In this document: in pieces, positions 26,120 to 40,198 of the stretch
How the letters are laid out: each line of letters opens with the position of its first letter
Numbering within the stretch: the stretch's first letter is position 1
Source of the DNA: Octopus vulgaris
Taxonomy: Eukaryota
Assembly (NCBI GenBank): GCA_951406725.2
Contig: OX597835.1
Coordinates: 6,200,001 to 6,264,000 of the forward strand
Reading direction: 5' to 3'
DNA length: 64,000 nt
The notes under the pieces: generated by a model
Databases searched by the model: none
Told to the model about the DNA's origin: nothing
What the model saw: only the letters and a program-made list of their open reading frames with translations
Translations under genes and position numbers: made by a program

Positions 26120-26965
26120 GTCGTCTTTGGTGGACCAAAGTTGGTGCACGGCACTTGAGCCCGAGCAGATGTGTGCGGCGTTTCAGCGGCACTTCACCCA
26201 ACGATTGGTGGGTGGACTTTAGTGTCTACCTCGACGGCATGTCACGACGACTCTCGGCAGGTGGTGCGAGGATTGAGGAAATACGGGATGCGATGATGGG
26301 GGGCTTTTTGAGCCGAGGAGCAATGGAACTGCTGAGAAAAGGACTCAAAACAAGAGGAATCAAATAGAAAATGCCTGGCCCATAATGCTGTTGAGTGCAG
26401 GCTTCAAAATTTTGGCCAAGGTGCTATCGAAGAGGTTGAAGCTTGTTGTAGACGAACTAATTGGTGATGCGTGAGGGCGCGTGGCTTAGTGGTTAGGGCA
26501 TTCGGCTCATGATCGTAAGGTTGTGAGTTCGATTCCCGGCGACGCGTTGTGTCCTTGAGCAAGACACTTTATTTCACGTTGCTCCAGTCCACTCAGCTGG
26601 CAAAAATGAGTTGTACTTGTATTTCAAAGGGTCAGCCTTGTCACTCTCTGTGTCACGCTGATTATCCCCGAGAACTACGTTAAGGGTACACGTGTCTGTG
26701 GAATGCCCAGCCATTTGCACGTTAATTTCACGAGCAAGCTGTTCCGTTGATCGTATCAGCTGGGACCCTCGTCGTCGTAACCGGCGGAGTCTTTTTTTTC
26801 AATTGGTGATGCGCAAACATGTGCCATCCCAAGCGGATCCATCCTCGATAACCTTCATCTCAAGTGACACATCATAGACAGGATGGATAAAGAAGCTGGC
26901 ATGGGTAGGGCTTTGACCAATTAAGATCAATCTAAAGCCTTTGGCGGCCGTCCTCAGAGCAGCTT
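26120..26965 (+). pseudogene. L1/Tx1-clade LINE reverse transcriptase relic split by a SINE
   Basis: Reads IENAWPIMLLSAGFKILAKVLSKRLKLVVDELIGDA|QTCAIPSGSILDNLHL...DQSKAF, matching N-terminal RT subdomains of L1/Tx1 (RPI.LL..D.KILAK.L..RL, QT...PGR.I.DN, DQ.KAFD). Contains stops and deletions. Confidence 0.8.
26472..26800 (+). mobile_element. tRNA-derived SINE family C, full length with 13-bp TSD
   Basis: AATTGGTGATGCG at 26459-26471 and 26801-26813. A box TGGCTTAGTGGTTAGG, B box GAGTTCGATTCCC, T-rich tail. Confidence 0.92.
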
Positions 26966-27247
26966 GTTTATCTGTCTTCTTGGATGCACCAAACGATGTC
27001 ATTTGCAGAGTTGTATTTGTCTGATATTTTTCGGGAAATCCTTTGACTGGATGGAAGTGCCTTCTAGAAGATCGATCCATAAGAGGTTGAGAAGGAGCTG
27101 ATAGTGGTGGCAATGTTGCTTAGTCGAATTAGCCAATCATTTACTCCACAAATGTTTTGTTGTCAATGCTGCACTTTCCCATGTCACCTGTTTCAACATA
27201 ACTGTAATATATTATATACAATATATGTAATATATTATATACGTTTT

Positions 27248-27274
27248 AACCCCGAGCAATGCCGGGTATCTCTG

Positions 27275-27278
<4 letters not shown>
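27248..27278 (+). mobile_element. Possible Helitron/Helentron-type terminus
   Basis: CCCGAGCAATGCCGGGTATCTCTGCTA is a short subterminal hairpin-like motif resembling such termini. No partner end was found. Confidence 0.3.
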
Positions 27279-27338
<60 letters not shown>

Positions 27339-27413
27339 TGTGGGGCCATATCCCACAGAGAAACATGCTATTATTTGTAGCTCCATCCACTTCGAGGAGG
27401 CACACATGAAATT

Positions 27414-27444
<31 letters not shown>

Positions 27445-27833
27445 CGAGCAAATATTATATATATAACACATATTGACATTCATAAAGATTTTAGTAAATG
27501 TCATATCTAATAGTGAACGTGCATGTATTTTAAATCTTCAACCGTTAAAAAGTAAAAATGAATTTTATTCATCACACTGTTCCATTCAAATTCTTTTCTT
27601 TTCCCTTTTCTTAGCTTGTGGAAAAGGTTGTATTTCCACTTTAGAAAAAGCAATCTATTTTAAGTCGCTTTTATTTCAAAAAAGTCATTTTATCTACACT
27701 TATTTTCTACACTTTTTATGGTTCATTTAAGTTTTCCTAAAACTGTTTTTAGTAACACTCCAGTCACTTCGTATACCTTATGGAAAATAATATTAAATAA
27801 ATATTCTATATTGCATTAGTTAGCAGAAAAAAA

Positions 27834-27895
<62 letters not shown>

Positions 27896-28340
27896 ACGGC
27901 GGTGCATCAGTATGGCCGCAGCTCTGTGCTGAAACAAGCGTAAAAAAAATGTGTATCTTTTCAACATCTAAAGTTGAAGTAATCAGGCAAAAATTTAATT
28001 TCATGATTCAATATGAAAAATAGTGGAGGAAAATTTTGTCTTTTCCAGAGACGTTTCTCTTGTTCTCGAAGTTCTAATCTAAACGTAACCAGAGAAAGTA
28101 AATGTATACGCTACGCCTTGAATTTAGAAGGTGGTAAAAAGAATCCATGAAGGAGAAAGGAAATAGTAAAAAGATAAGATGGGAGAATAAAGAAAAGTGA
28201 AAGGCAATCTTTGTTATTCAATATATATGAGTATCAGCTGGGACCCTCGTCGTCGTAACCGACGGAGTGTGTGCGTATATTTGTGTGCGTCTGCGTGTGT
28301 ATGTCCGTGTGTATGTAAGTATGTTTATGTACGTATATAT

Positions 28341-28434
<94 letters not shown>

Positions 28435-28439
<5 letters not shown>

Positions 28440-28581
28440 GAAATGAAGAAAATGCTGACAAAATAATTTAAGTAATTTAAGTAATTTAATTGGGTGAAAG
28501 TTCTTTTTTTAAGAACTTTCACCTAATTAAATTACTTAAATTACTTAAATTATTTTGTCAGCATTTTCTTCATTTCCTTTT
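28435..28581. repeat. Near-perfect palindrome with 71-bp arms and 5-nt loop, inside (TA)n
   Basis: 28435-28505 versus 28511-28581, with a single mismatch. Confidence 0.92.
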
Positions 28582-28617
28582 TGATATATCACAACTCGTG
28601 TTCCACATCTCCTTTTT

Positions 28618-28658
<41 letters not shown>

Positions 28659-29093
28659 AGAGTGAACGAGAATCGGCAGAAGAGATCCAGAGATACTCAA
28701 TATAGAAAACACGTGGTAGTGCTAAACGAATTTGAACTTACACATCTAGATCTTTAGCGAGGACTATGTCTTCAGGATAAAGAGTGGCTCTAAGAGGAAC
28801 CCAGATGAGCAGATATGAAGGCGATGATGCAATGGTCTGAAATGCCAGATTTTTATCTATATATCTATATTTTAAGTTAAAATGTTCTTGTTCTGTACTT
28901 TACCAGGTGTAATAACTTGTCCGGTAATTTTCCAGATCTATAATCTTAAGAATATCATTTCTATTGCTCGCATTTTTACTTGTAATAGTTAAGTTGACCC
29001 TCAAAGTTAAAATGGAAAGAATAAAAGAATAATGCTTTGGATTTATGCCTTCTTCAGATACAAGAAGAAATTTCTAGAAAAACACGGGTTTCC

Positions 29094-29143
<50 letters not shown>

Positions 29144-29378
29144 TCTGTCTCTGTATATGTGCATGTCTGCATCGTAGATTTCTTCTGGTTGAATCGAAGC
29201 ATAAATGGTTTTGTCCCCCTAACATAATTTTCAGAGTAAATCAATGCGACATAAAATGAGAAGGTCCGACTTTTGTGTCACAGATAAAACCCTGACAGAA
29301 AGAAAGAGAGATCGGAAATAAGGGAAGATTCGATCTCTGCACTCATTTGTAACAATATAATATAATATAATATAAATT

Positions 29379-29608
29379 GAATGGTTGTATACTGTCAATC
29401 TAACAAGAACGTGACAGTAGGGGTACACCACCGCTGTATAGCCCTAGGAAGCATCGAATGCCTCCTGATGGCTTTGACACATTTTTCCCTGTGTCAAAAA
29501 AAAATGTGTCAAAGCCATCAGGAGGTGTTCGATGCTTCCTAGGGCTATACAGCGGTGGTGTACCCCCTACTGTCACGTTCTTGTTAGATTGACAGTATAC
29601 AACCATTC
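29379..29608. mobile_element. Palindromic MITE, copy 2 (complete; opposite orientation to copy 1)
   Basis: Arms of about 100 bp, GAATGGTTGTATACTGTCAATC...GATTGACAGTATACAACCATTC. The spacer is the reverse complement of that in copy 1. Confidence 0.88.
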
Positions 29609-31092
29609 TATCGCCCCACCACCGTACATGTCTCTACGAGAGATTTAGAAATTCAATATTTCTTATAATATAAATTATCCTCGAGATAATGAAAAGACGT
29701 CTTTGACAGGATTTGAACCTTGGGTGGAGAGAACCCGAACTAGTACTGCCCAGCAGAATTTACTTTTACATTCATACAAGTCGATTCATGTCCCGACTTC
29801 TCTTCATCGTTTCTCGTTTTTATGTGTATTTAATTCCAGACTTTGAAACAAAACCACGGCTTTGTTCTGCCGTTTCTGTTCTGTCAAATACAGCCATCAA
29901 AACCCATGTCGAACAAAAACACAAAGTTTGTATTTTTAGGCAATTCCAGGAAACAAGGCAGAGTGCTGGCCGAGGTGGTGGTGGTGGTGGTGGTGGTGGT
30001 GGTGGCAGTGGTTGTGGTGGTAGTGATGGCGGCGGCGGCAGCAGCAGCAGCAGTGATAGTGGTGGTGAGGGAGGGGTGGGGTAGGGTGGTGGTGTAGGTG
30101 GCGGTGGCGGTGACGATAGTAGTGTTGTGATGATGTTAGAAGTGGTAGTAGCGGTTTAGGTGGTGGTGGTGGTGGTGGTGGTGGTTCTGGTACTGCTGGT
30201 GGTGATTATGGTAGCGTTTGGAGACGTGTTTTATGTGTATTTGTGTGTATATGTAAGCATATACAAATACACACACACACACGCACGCACATGTCATTGT
30301 ATTTATATCTACACACACATATATACGTATATATATATATATTATACGTATATACATACACACAGATACCTATATATACGGATCTATATCTATCTATATA
30401 TATGTGTGTGTGTGTGTGTTGATGTGTATGCTTCTGTGCATACATTGTGTGCGTGTCTATGTGTGTGCATATTTAGTGTGTGTGTGTGTATGTGTGTGTG
30501 TGTTCGTGTGTATGTGTGTGTATTGTTTTTCTTACTGATTTTTCGGGGGGGGTTATGGAACGTCAAAAGCGACATGAAATAACGAATAAGATACAGATAT
30601 CTTATGTGTCACGAGCGTGCGGTGAAAATGGTTGAAAGCTTATTGGTTGTTGTTATTACAATTGTTGTCGTTGTTGTTGTGGTTGTCGTTATTGTTAAAG
30701 CTATTGTAAAGGTTGTTGTGACTAATGACGTGGTGCTGTTACTGGCTTCCATTTTTCCTTGTTAGTTCTAATAGCAGTTACACATACACATACTGTTCTC
30801 TCTTTCTGCATTCTATCTCTCTCTTTATATATATATTTATATATATATATATAAAGAGAGAAAGAGAAAGAGAGAAAGAGAGAGAAAGAGAGAGACAGAG
30901 AGAGGAGAAAGAGAGGAGAGAAAAATAGATGAAAGGAGAGAATGGAAGAGTGGGGGATGTTATAGAAAACATATTATCGAGAACCATATAAATCCAAATT
31001 ATAGAGTTGTGCATACATAATGTACATAAATATCAATATACGCATGTATGTGTGTGTATACTTATGTATGTATACACACATACATAAATATG

Positions 31093-31142
<50 letters not shown>

Positions 31143-31146
<4 letters not shown>

Positions 31147-31258
31147 ATCCAAACAAGAAAACCTTCTTTCCTGAGCGTCCAATAATAGTATTATTTGTTC
31201 CACGTCCTTGCGTTGCTGTGTTTTTTGCTCTTCGTTTTGTTTTCTTGTTTGGATTAAC
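31143..31258 (+). mobile_element. 3' fragment of family H1 preceded by an inverted copy of its own last 20 bp
   Basis: 31143-31162 is the exact reverse complement of 31239-31258. The body matches 40120-40200, and the fragment is flanked by (TA)n. Confidence 0.8.
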
Positions 31259-31264
31259 GGTAGT

Positions 31265-31304
<40 letters not shown>

Positions 31305-31555
31305 CACACATACACATACATACACATATATATATATATATATATTTGAATAATAAGGGTAAAATATTGATATTAGATTAATATCAATTTAAACTAGTGG
31401 CCTAGCATATTGAAAAGAGTTGAAGATTCAGAGAATTATATTACATACCTATAAGAGGAATGACCACTAAATGACCATGCTAAATGAAAACCCCGTATGG
31501 TTTGACCACTGAGAAAAATTTAGCATATTAGGAGTCCACCTAATATCGTTCCTCT

Positions 31556-31675
<120 letters not shown>

Positions 31676-31686
31676 TTGTGTGTGTG

Positions 31687-31732
<46 letters not shown>

Positions 31733-31766
31733 AGTATATATATATATGCATGTATGTGAATATATG

Positions 31767-31816
<50 letters not shown>

Positions 31817-31975
31817 TAGGGAGAGTTTACGAAAAAAAACAAATGACGAAGACAGGTGGCGTACAAAACAAACAAATGTATTAGTATAACGCTCAAGAAT
31901 AGAAAAAGTCTTTTACGTTTCGAGCCTACGCTCTTCTTCAGAAAGGGACACAGAAAAAAACAAGGAGAGTAAAAA
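31817..31975 (-). mobile_element. Hammerhead-bearing element family H2, copy 1
   Basis: Reverse complement of 54630-54797; abuts (TA)n. Confidence 0.8.
31910..31945 (-). ncRNA. Minimal type I hammerhead ribozyme motif
   Basis: CUUU-CUGAAGA-A-GAGC-GUAG-GCUC-GAAAC-GUA-AAAG: 4-bp helix I, 4-bp helix II and loopless palindromic helix III (ACGU). Confidence 0.75.
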
Positions 31976-32223
31976 AAAGGGGGTTGCTGAAAAGTTCCTG
32001 TCTTTGGGGAAAAGGAAAACACAGGAGGATCAGTCAATTATGATTTTATTCAATATATTCCCCTCTCAGAATCACACACTTATTGCAGCGGTCCTTCCGT
32101 TTTTATTAAGCCCTGTAAACGAACTCCAACCAGGCCTTTTGCGATACCTTCAAAGCCAGGAACTGTTCAGTCCTCACCTCATATGTGTGTGTGTATGTGT
32201 GTGAGTCATATACAAAGCGAACA

Positions 32224-32454
32224 GGCGGCGAACTGGCAGAAACGTTAGCACACCGGGCGAAATGCGTAGCCGTATTTCGTCTGCCGTTACGTTCTGAGTT
32301 CAAATTCCGCCGAGGTCGACTGTGACTTTCATCCTTTCGGGGTCGATAAATTAAGTACTAATTACGCACTGGGGTCGATGTAATCGACTAAATCCCTTTG
32401 TCTGACCTTGTTTGTTCCCTCTGTGTTTAGCCCCTTGTGGGTAGTAACGAAATA
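32224..32454 (+). mobile_element. SINE family B with 12-bp TSD
   Basis: TACAAAGCGAAC at 32211-32222 and 32459-32470. Confidence 0.9.
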
Positions 32455-32847
32455 CATTTACAAAGCGAACTAGCAGTCCTTGCTAGTGCTTTCGTTGCTT
32501 TTATTACTACTCAATGTTACTTTTACCTTTACGTTTATTCTTTACGTTTTTCTTTATTGTTTTCGTTGCAGTTGTTATTTATGTTCTTGCTATGGTTTCC
32601 AAAAGTAAAATCAAATCCAAAATAAAATGCACATCTTGAAACGTCACGTTTATTTAGTGACGGTCAAAAAAAAACTTGTAACCGTTTTAATGTTAGATGC
32701 ATATTAGGTTACCTTCGTTAAGTAGTTTAGTTCTGTCTCTTTTTCTGCAAAATTTCAATTCAGTTTTCACGCCCTCAGTTCAAATATTATTTTCAGTCAC
32801 TTCCTATTAAATATATTCCCTCGCTTTCTCGAAATGAAGACTTGTGT

Positions 32848-32904
<57 letters not shown>

Positions 32905-33039
32905 AAAGCGTGCATGTATGTGTGTGTACGTATACAAATATGTGTGTGTGTGTGTGTGTATGTGGTATAAATACATATATGTACACATGCTTTCATAGAT
33001 ATATCTTCGTGTATGTACGGCTGCATAAATATGTATAAA

Positions 33040-33520
<481 letters not shown>

Positions 33521-33874
33521 TGAGAGGGCGGTGGGGACAGAACCGTATAAAAAGCAGAATTGCTTCGAAGCTTTTATTTAATGAATGTCTAAAAGCGTAA
33601 CTTTTGTTTTGTTTTTGCTGTCTTTTTTTGTTTTGTTTTTTTGCATATTTTCATACATGAATATAATGTTACCTGTCTTTATTTGTTTGTTTTGCTTGTG
33701 TGTTTTTCCTTTGAAATTTGAATTCAATTTTTTTTTTTTTTTGTCACTTCCTCCCTTGAAATTTGCCGCTGATAGGATTTGTTTTTCTAGAGGTCTGTCA
33801 ATTTTCTCTCCACGTACTTCACGAACTGAAGCTTTACAAATATATATATATACATATATAAATACATAAGTAGA

Positions 33875-34131
33875 GAGATTGATAGATAGATTGATAGAGA
33901 GAGAGAGAGAGACAGAGAGAGAGAGAGAGGGAGTAGATAGATAAGCAGACAGAAAGATAGACAAGTAGGTTGATAAGTAGGTAGGTATGTAGGTAGGTAG
34001 GTAGGTAGGTAGGTAGGTAGGTAGGTAGGTAGGTAGGTAGGTAGGTAGGTAGGTAGGTAGGTAAATAGGAAGGTAGACAGGCAGGCAGACAGGCAGACAA
34101 ACAGACATATAGACAGACAAACAGACAGACT

Positions 34132-34212
<81 letters not shown>

Positions 34213-34235
34213 GTAGGTAGGTAGGTAGGTAGATG

Positions 34236-34286
<51 letters not shown>

Positions 34287-34296
34287 GGATGGATAA

Positions 34297-34350
<54 letters not shown>

Positions 34351-34356
34351 GGATAA

Positions 34357-34400
<44 letters not shown>

Positions 34401-34401
34401 G

Positions 34402-34434
<33 letters not shown>

Positions 34435-34435
34435 G
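33875..34435. repeat. Compound (GATA)n/(GGTA)n/(GACA)n array
   Basis: Directly visible. Confidence 0.95.
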
Positions 34436-35815
34436 GTTTTACGTATTACCACATGTAAAGAAAGGGAGTACTCAGTACGTTGGTAAAATGCAAAAAATGT
34501 TATAAGGAAATCGAAATTTTCACAACTTCCTCTCGTTAATCAATTTTGTATGTGTGGGGGGGGTCCCTAATGCAGGAATCTACAGACTTGTGTGAGTGTG
34601 TGTGTGGTGTATCTGTGTACCTGTGTGTGTGTGTGGTATATAGGTCGCTTTCTCTTTCTTTTTCCTTTTTTCTTTTCCTTCTTTTCTTCCTCTTTTACGA
34701 TCCTTTTCCATTGAAAATCTACCCCAGGTTTTTTTCTCCCCAAAAAGAAAAGCTCTACTTTGTAATCTGTGTGCAACCCTGTGTGGCTAATAAAGAAACA
34801 TGATTCAAGACATTGCAATTCCAACAACATGGAATTGCAATGCACTTCTCTAAACAACACAAAACAAAATCAAGGAAAGCGTTAGCAGACAACGCTTCTA
34901 TTGTCTACAGAATTCTCCCACATAATAAGAGGATTAATGATGGAAGCCGTGCGTATAACACTGCAAATTCTAAAATAAATACTCGGATTAAAATACATTA
35001 GTTACAAAGGAAAATAACTTCTTGGCGGTTAATATTTTAAATTGCAATGTTTACGTCTCCATCAATCATAGCTGCCCTGCAGTGACACACACTAGCATCA
35101 GTTCATCCTGAAGCATTGTGTCTTATACGTTATGTTATTATACATAAAGTTATTAAACATAATGTTATTATACATAGCATTATGTTATTATACGTAAGTA
35201 CAATCCCTTTCATTAACCATTTTTGCCTTCGTAATCAATTTACGGTCACGTGATCGAGAGTTTAGCCCTGGCCTTCAGCGGAATTTGAATTCAGAACGCA
35301 AAGAACCAGATCATAAAAAAACGAGGCATTTCGTCTGATGCGACGATTCTGCTAATGAATCCTTCTAGTCTGATTCTTTATTTAATGATTCCGAAAAAAA
35401 TTGAAAAACAAATCTCGCTTCGGCAGGATTTGAACACAAGAAACAAAAAGATGAAATATCGCCAAGACATTTTTTTTTATTCTATTCGAAGCACGAACGA
35501 CTCAGCTAATACAAGGCTACCGAGAACGAACATAAGACTATGAGAGTCGAGAGAAACGTGGATGGTGGATATTGTTCTAAAGAAACTGAATGAAACTCAT
35601 AAGAAAAGATACAAAAAAAAATCAGGATAAATAACTTTTACAGTACACGACTAAATGAAAAGTTATTCTTCCACACACGATCGCGTGTATATATATATAT
35701 ATATGCGTGTATATATATATGCGTGTATATATACATATATATATATATATACATATATACATAATATATATATATATATACATAATATATATATATATAA
35801 TACATATATATATAT

Positions 35816-35890
<75 letters not shown>

Positions 35891-35937
35891 ATTGTGTGTG
35901 TGTGTGTATATATATGTATATATATATATGTATATAT

Positions 35938-35987
<50 letters not shown>

Positions 35988-36106
35988 TATATATGTGTAT
36001 TTATTCACACGTATATAAAAATATTTATGTATATAAAAATATTTATGCATACATAAATACTTTAATATATGCCTCTGTGTGAGACAGACGGAGAGAGACA
36101 GAACCA

Positions 36107-36147
<41 letters not shown>

Positions 36148-36549
36148 TTATATTAAGATATATGAGATTTAGTTGCACTTGTGTGACACGGCACTCTATT
36201 AGTGCGATATGAACGAGAGATACTTGGGATAAGAGACATTCACGAAGAGTAAAATTTAATTTCAAAACAAAAATATTTCTCCTCGAGTCAGCTAATAGAT
36301 TGTAGCTGTCATCTGGTTGAAGTTTTCCATCACGAGACCTTTTGACGCTCCCCTCCTCTTTTCCAGCCTCACTCTCTCTGTCTCCTTTCATTCTCCTCCC
36401 ACTCCCTGTTTCTCCTTTTCCTCCCCTTCACACACATACACACTCACTCATGCGTACACACACATACTAGCAAGAACTTTCATAAATTGCTCTGACATCT
36501 ATATATATATATATATATGTATGTGTGTATATATGTATGTATATGTATG

Positions 36550-36668
<119 letters not shown>

Positions 36669-36711
36669 ATGTGTGTGTGTGGGTGTGTATGTATATGTGT
36701 ATGTATATGTA

Positions 36712-36786
36712 CTGTACAGTACTGTTTCTACTTCGTTCGCGGATTTTCACCTATCGCAGAGGTTTTGGAACGTAATACCCACGATA

Positions 36787-36790
<4 letters not shown>
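36712..36790. mobile_element. Short pogo/Tigger-like terminal fragment
   Basis: TTCGCGGATTTTCACCTATCGCAGAGGTTTTGGAACGTAATACCCACGATACTG resembles Tigger-type subterminal sequence. Recognition is from memory only. Confidence 0.35.
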
Positions 36791-36874
<84 letters not shown>

Positions 36875-37396
36875 CGATAGATAGATAGATAGATAGATAT
36901 AGCTACATTACACATACACACACATGCTCACACATGCACACATACATACACACACGTGTGTGTGTGTCTTTATTTCATCATACAAGTTATTGATAACTGT
37001 GCTCCTCAGTACATAGAGGTTAACTTACCCGTATGTTGAAGCATTCATTTTATGAGTGAGGATATCCAAAAAAAATCTTAGGCGAAAGGACACTCCGCAG
37101 ATATTATTATGTTCGTATTATGGTTCCATTCTTTTAGTGATGGGTACTATACTTTTGCCTAGTTTTCTACAGCATATGGCTTCACGAGCCACCTACTCTT
37201 CATAATAGTGTTACCTTTACGTGCCAACCGGCTTCAGTCTGCTCCTAGTTCTATGACGTAAACTCTCTCTTTTAAACTTATCTCACTTAAAACCCTTCGT
37301 TAAAATTCCAAATTAATTAGTTATGCTCCAAGCACCAACTAAATAAGGATAACGCTATTTTACTAATTAGTAAACGTAGGAGTGGCTCTGTGGTAA

Positions 37397-37506
37397 GATA
37401 CCACTCCAAAACCTTTGACTTTCAATGTTATCTGCTATCAACTTTTCATCAGTACACTCTCCATTTATTTCTTTGCAGAATCTCTTCTGATCTATTCTGA
37501 ATAACC

Positions 37507-37508
<2 letters not shown>
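37397..37508 (-). mobile_element. R4/Dong-like non-LTR retrotransposon ORF fragment
   Basis: Encodes RLFRIDQKRFCKEINGECTDEKLIADNIESQRFWSGI, resembling the N.LF..DQK.FY.........FW..IW pre-RT motif of R4-clade elements. Directly abuts a (TAA)n array. Confidence 0.65.
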
Positions 37509-37595
<87 letters not shown>

Positions 37596-37677
37596 GTCAT
37601 CGTCATCGTCATCGTCGTCGTCGTCGTCGTCATCGTCATCGTCATCGTCATCATCATCATCATCATCATCATTATTA

Positions 37678-37742
<65 letters not shown>

Positions 37743-38976
37743 GCTGTTGTTGTTATGCATTTGTTTTGTTTTTCTAAAATCTAAAATTCACAGGAATAAA
37801 CGACCGTTAGAAATCATTGTTTTATAAACATGAAATAACTATGTTACAATGTTGTATAAAAGCAGGTTTAGAATGAAATTATTAATGACTGCCAAAAATT
37901 AAATATCACACAACAATCCACGATCGTCATTGAGGGGTTTTTTTCTGTCAAATACATTCATTGAACAAATAATTTGCCTTTTTATAATTTTATTTTTTCC
38001 AAGTATTATTTCTCTTTCACTAATCCATATTTGTATCAAAGATTAACTCTGTAACAAACGAACACCAGAAAACATTATTTCGTAACAATGAAATCAAGAT
38101 ATATGATTATGGAAGCTTGAAATGGAAGTATTAATTGACGCCAGGGAATGATATCTTCAAATTTTCAAAAATTCTAAAAATAAAAAATACAGGGCAAGGG
38201 AGACAATTCCAAAATGTTTTGTTGCCTGTCAAGGATCTAATTTTTATTTTAAAACACAAAAATAGAAAAAATATAAATCAAAAAAATCAAAATCATAAAA
38301 TGGATTTGAATTAATTTTTTTTTTCTCCAGTAAAACAATTAAATTTTAATTCTTCTAGTTTAATATTTTAAAAGAAATATAATCCTTTATTCATTAAATT
38401 TTGTTGTGAGATTAAAATCTCACAGTAAATACATTATTATGGATTAATATAACATCATAATGTGGATTAGAAGACACGCACCAACGTGTGGCTAAAAAGT
38501 CCCCTCCACAAACTCATGTGGCCCTTGCGCTCCCAATCAGTTATAGCCAGCTTTTATTTTTTAACTTTGTGTTTCATATAACGGTTACCGATTTAGACAC
38601 AAGGCCAATAATTTTGACGGAAGGAGGTTAGGCGATAACATCGCCCGCAGCACTTGACTCGTACTTTATTTTATCGATCCCGAAAAGATGAAAGCAAAGT
38701 TGACTTGATTTGAAATTATATTTTAAACAATCGGAAAAAATATCGCAAAGCATATTTTCGATGCTCTAAAGATTCTTTTAACTCTCTGTCTGTCAGTTTC
38801 TATAATACAAGTAAATTGTTGACACAAATTGATACAAGTTCAATTGGCATGAAATTCGATTCTATGAAAAGTATAGCATCAAATAGCTTAATTTATAACC
38901 ATGAGTCCGACAAAATACATTTTGTTTCACCCAAAGTCCGAGAAAAAGACAACAGTAGCTAGTTAGACAGACAGAC

Positions 38977-39079
<103 letters not shown>

Positions 39080-39086
39080 AAGAAAC

Positions 39087-39176
<90 letters not shown>

Positions 39177-39355
39177 GCTCGTAGCTTTCCATAGAAATTG
39201 TTTGTTTTGTTACATAATTGGCGGGAAATTTTTATAAAACTCAGCAGACGTAAATAAAATACAGCATTATGAATAAAACTAATTTTTGTCGTGTTGTCTT
39301 TCTGGGAATTATTCATTTATCAATAAACATACATACATACACAGACACAGATGTG

Positions 39356-39405
<50 letters not shown>

Positions 39406-39417
39406 TTTGAGAAACAT

Positions 39418-39485
<68 letters not shown>

Positions 39486-39679
39486 GTTTTCTGGAGAAAC
39501 ATATAATAATCTATACTATTATTATTGATTTTTCTAAAATAAATTCTTTCAAAAATATTTACCTCCTGCAAGATTGTTTGGATTGATTTTTTTTATAAAT
39601 TATTTCCCTGTTGGACAGTTAGTGTGTAGATGGGGTATATATTGGTGTTTTTATATGTAAATATATGTATATATATATA

Positions 39680-39761
<82 letters not shown>

Positions 39762-39763
<2 letters not shown>

Positions 39764-39963
39764 ATCGCGTGTGTATCGTTGGCGATTTTTTTCTCCGTCT
39801 TCCCTTCTTTGGACTTCTGTTTTTTCTATATTTCTGACGAAGAGCTCCGCTCGAAACTTGGAGTCGTCCTTCTTTCTTTCCTTTCCTGAACGTCCAATAA
39901 CACTATACTTATTTCACCTCCTCGCGTTGTTGTGTTTTCGCTTTGTTCATGTTTGGATTAACT
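39762..39963 (+). mobile_element. Family H1 unit with hammerhead core
   Basis: CTGACGA-A-GAGC-TCC-GCTC-GAAAC at 39834-39857; the cleavage-site side is degenerate. Confidence 0.75.
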
Positions 39964-40004
39964 ATAAATATATATATATGTGTGTTTGTGTGTGTGTGTG
40001 TGTG

Positions 40005-40198
40005 TGACCTCGTGTGTAGCGTTGGCGATTTTTTTTCCTCTGTCTTCCCTTCTCTGGATCTTTCCTTCTCCTATGTTTCCGACGAAGAGCTCCGCTCGAA
40101 ACGTTAAACCCTCCTTCTTTCCTTCTTTCCTGCGCGTCCAATAATACTATATTTGTTCCACGTCCTCGCGTTGTTGTGTTTTTTTGTGCTTTCTTGTT

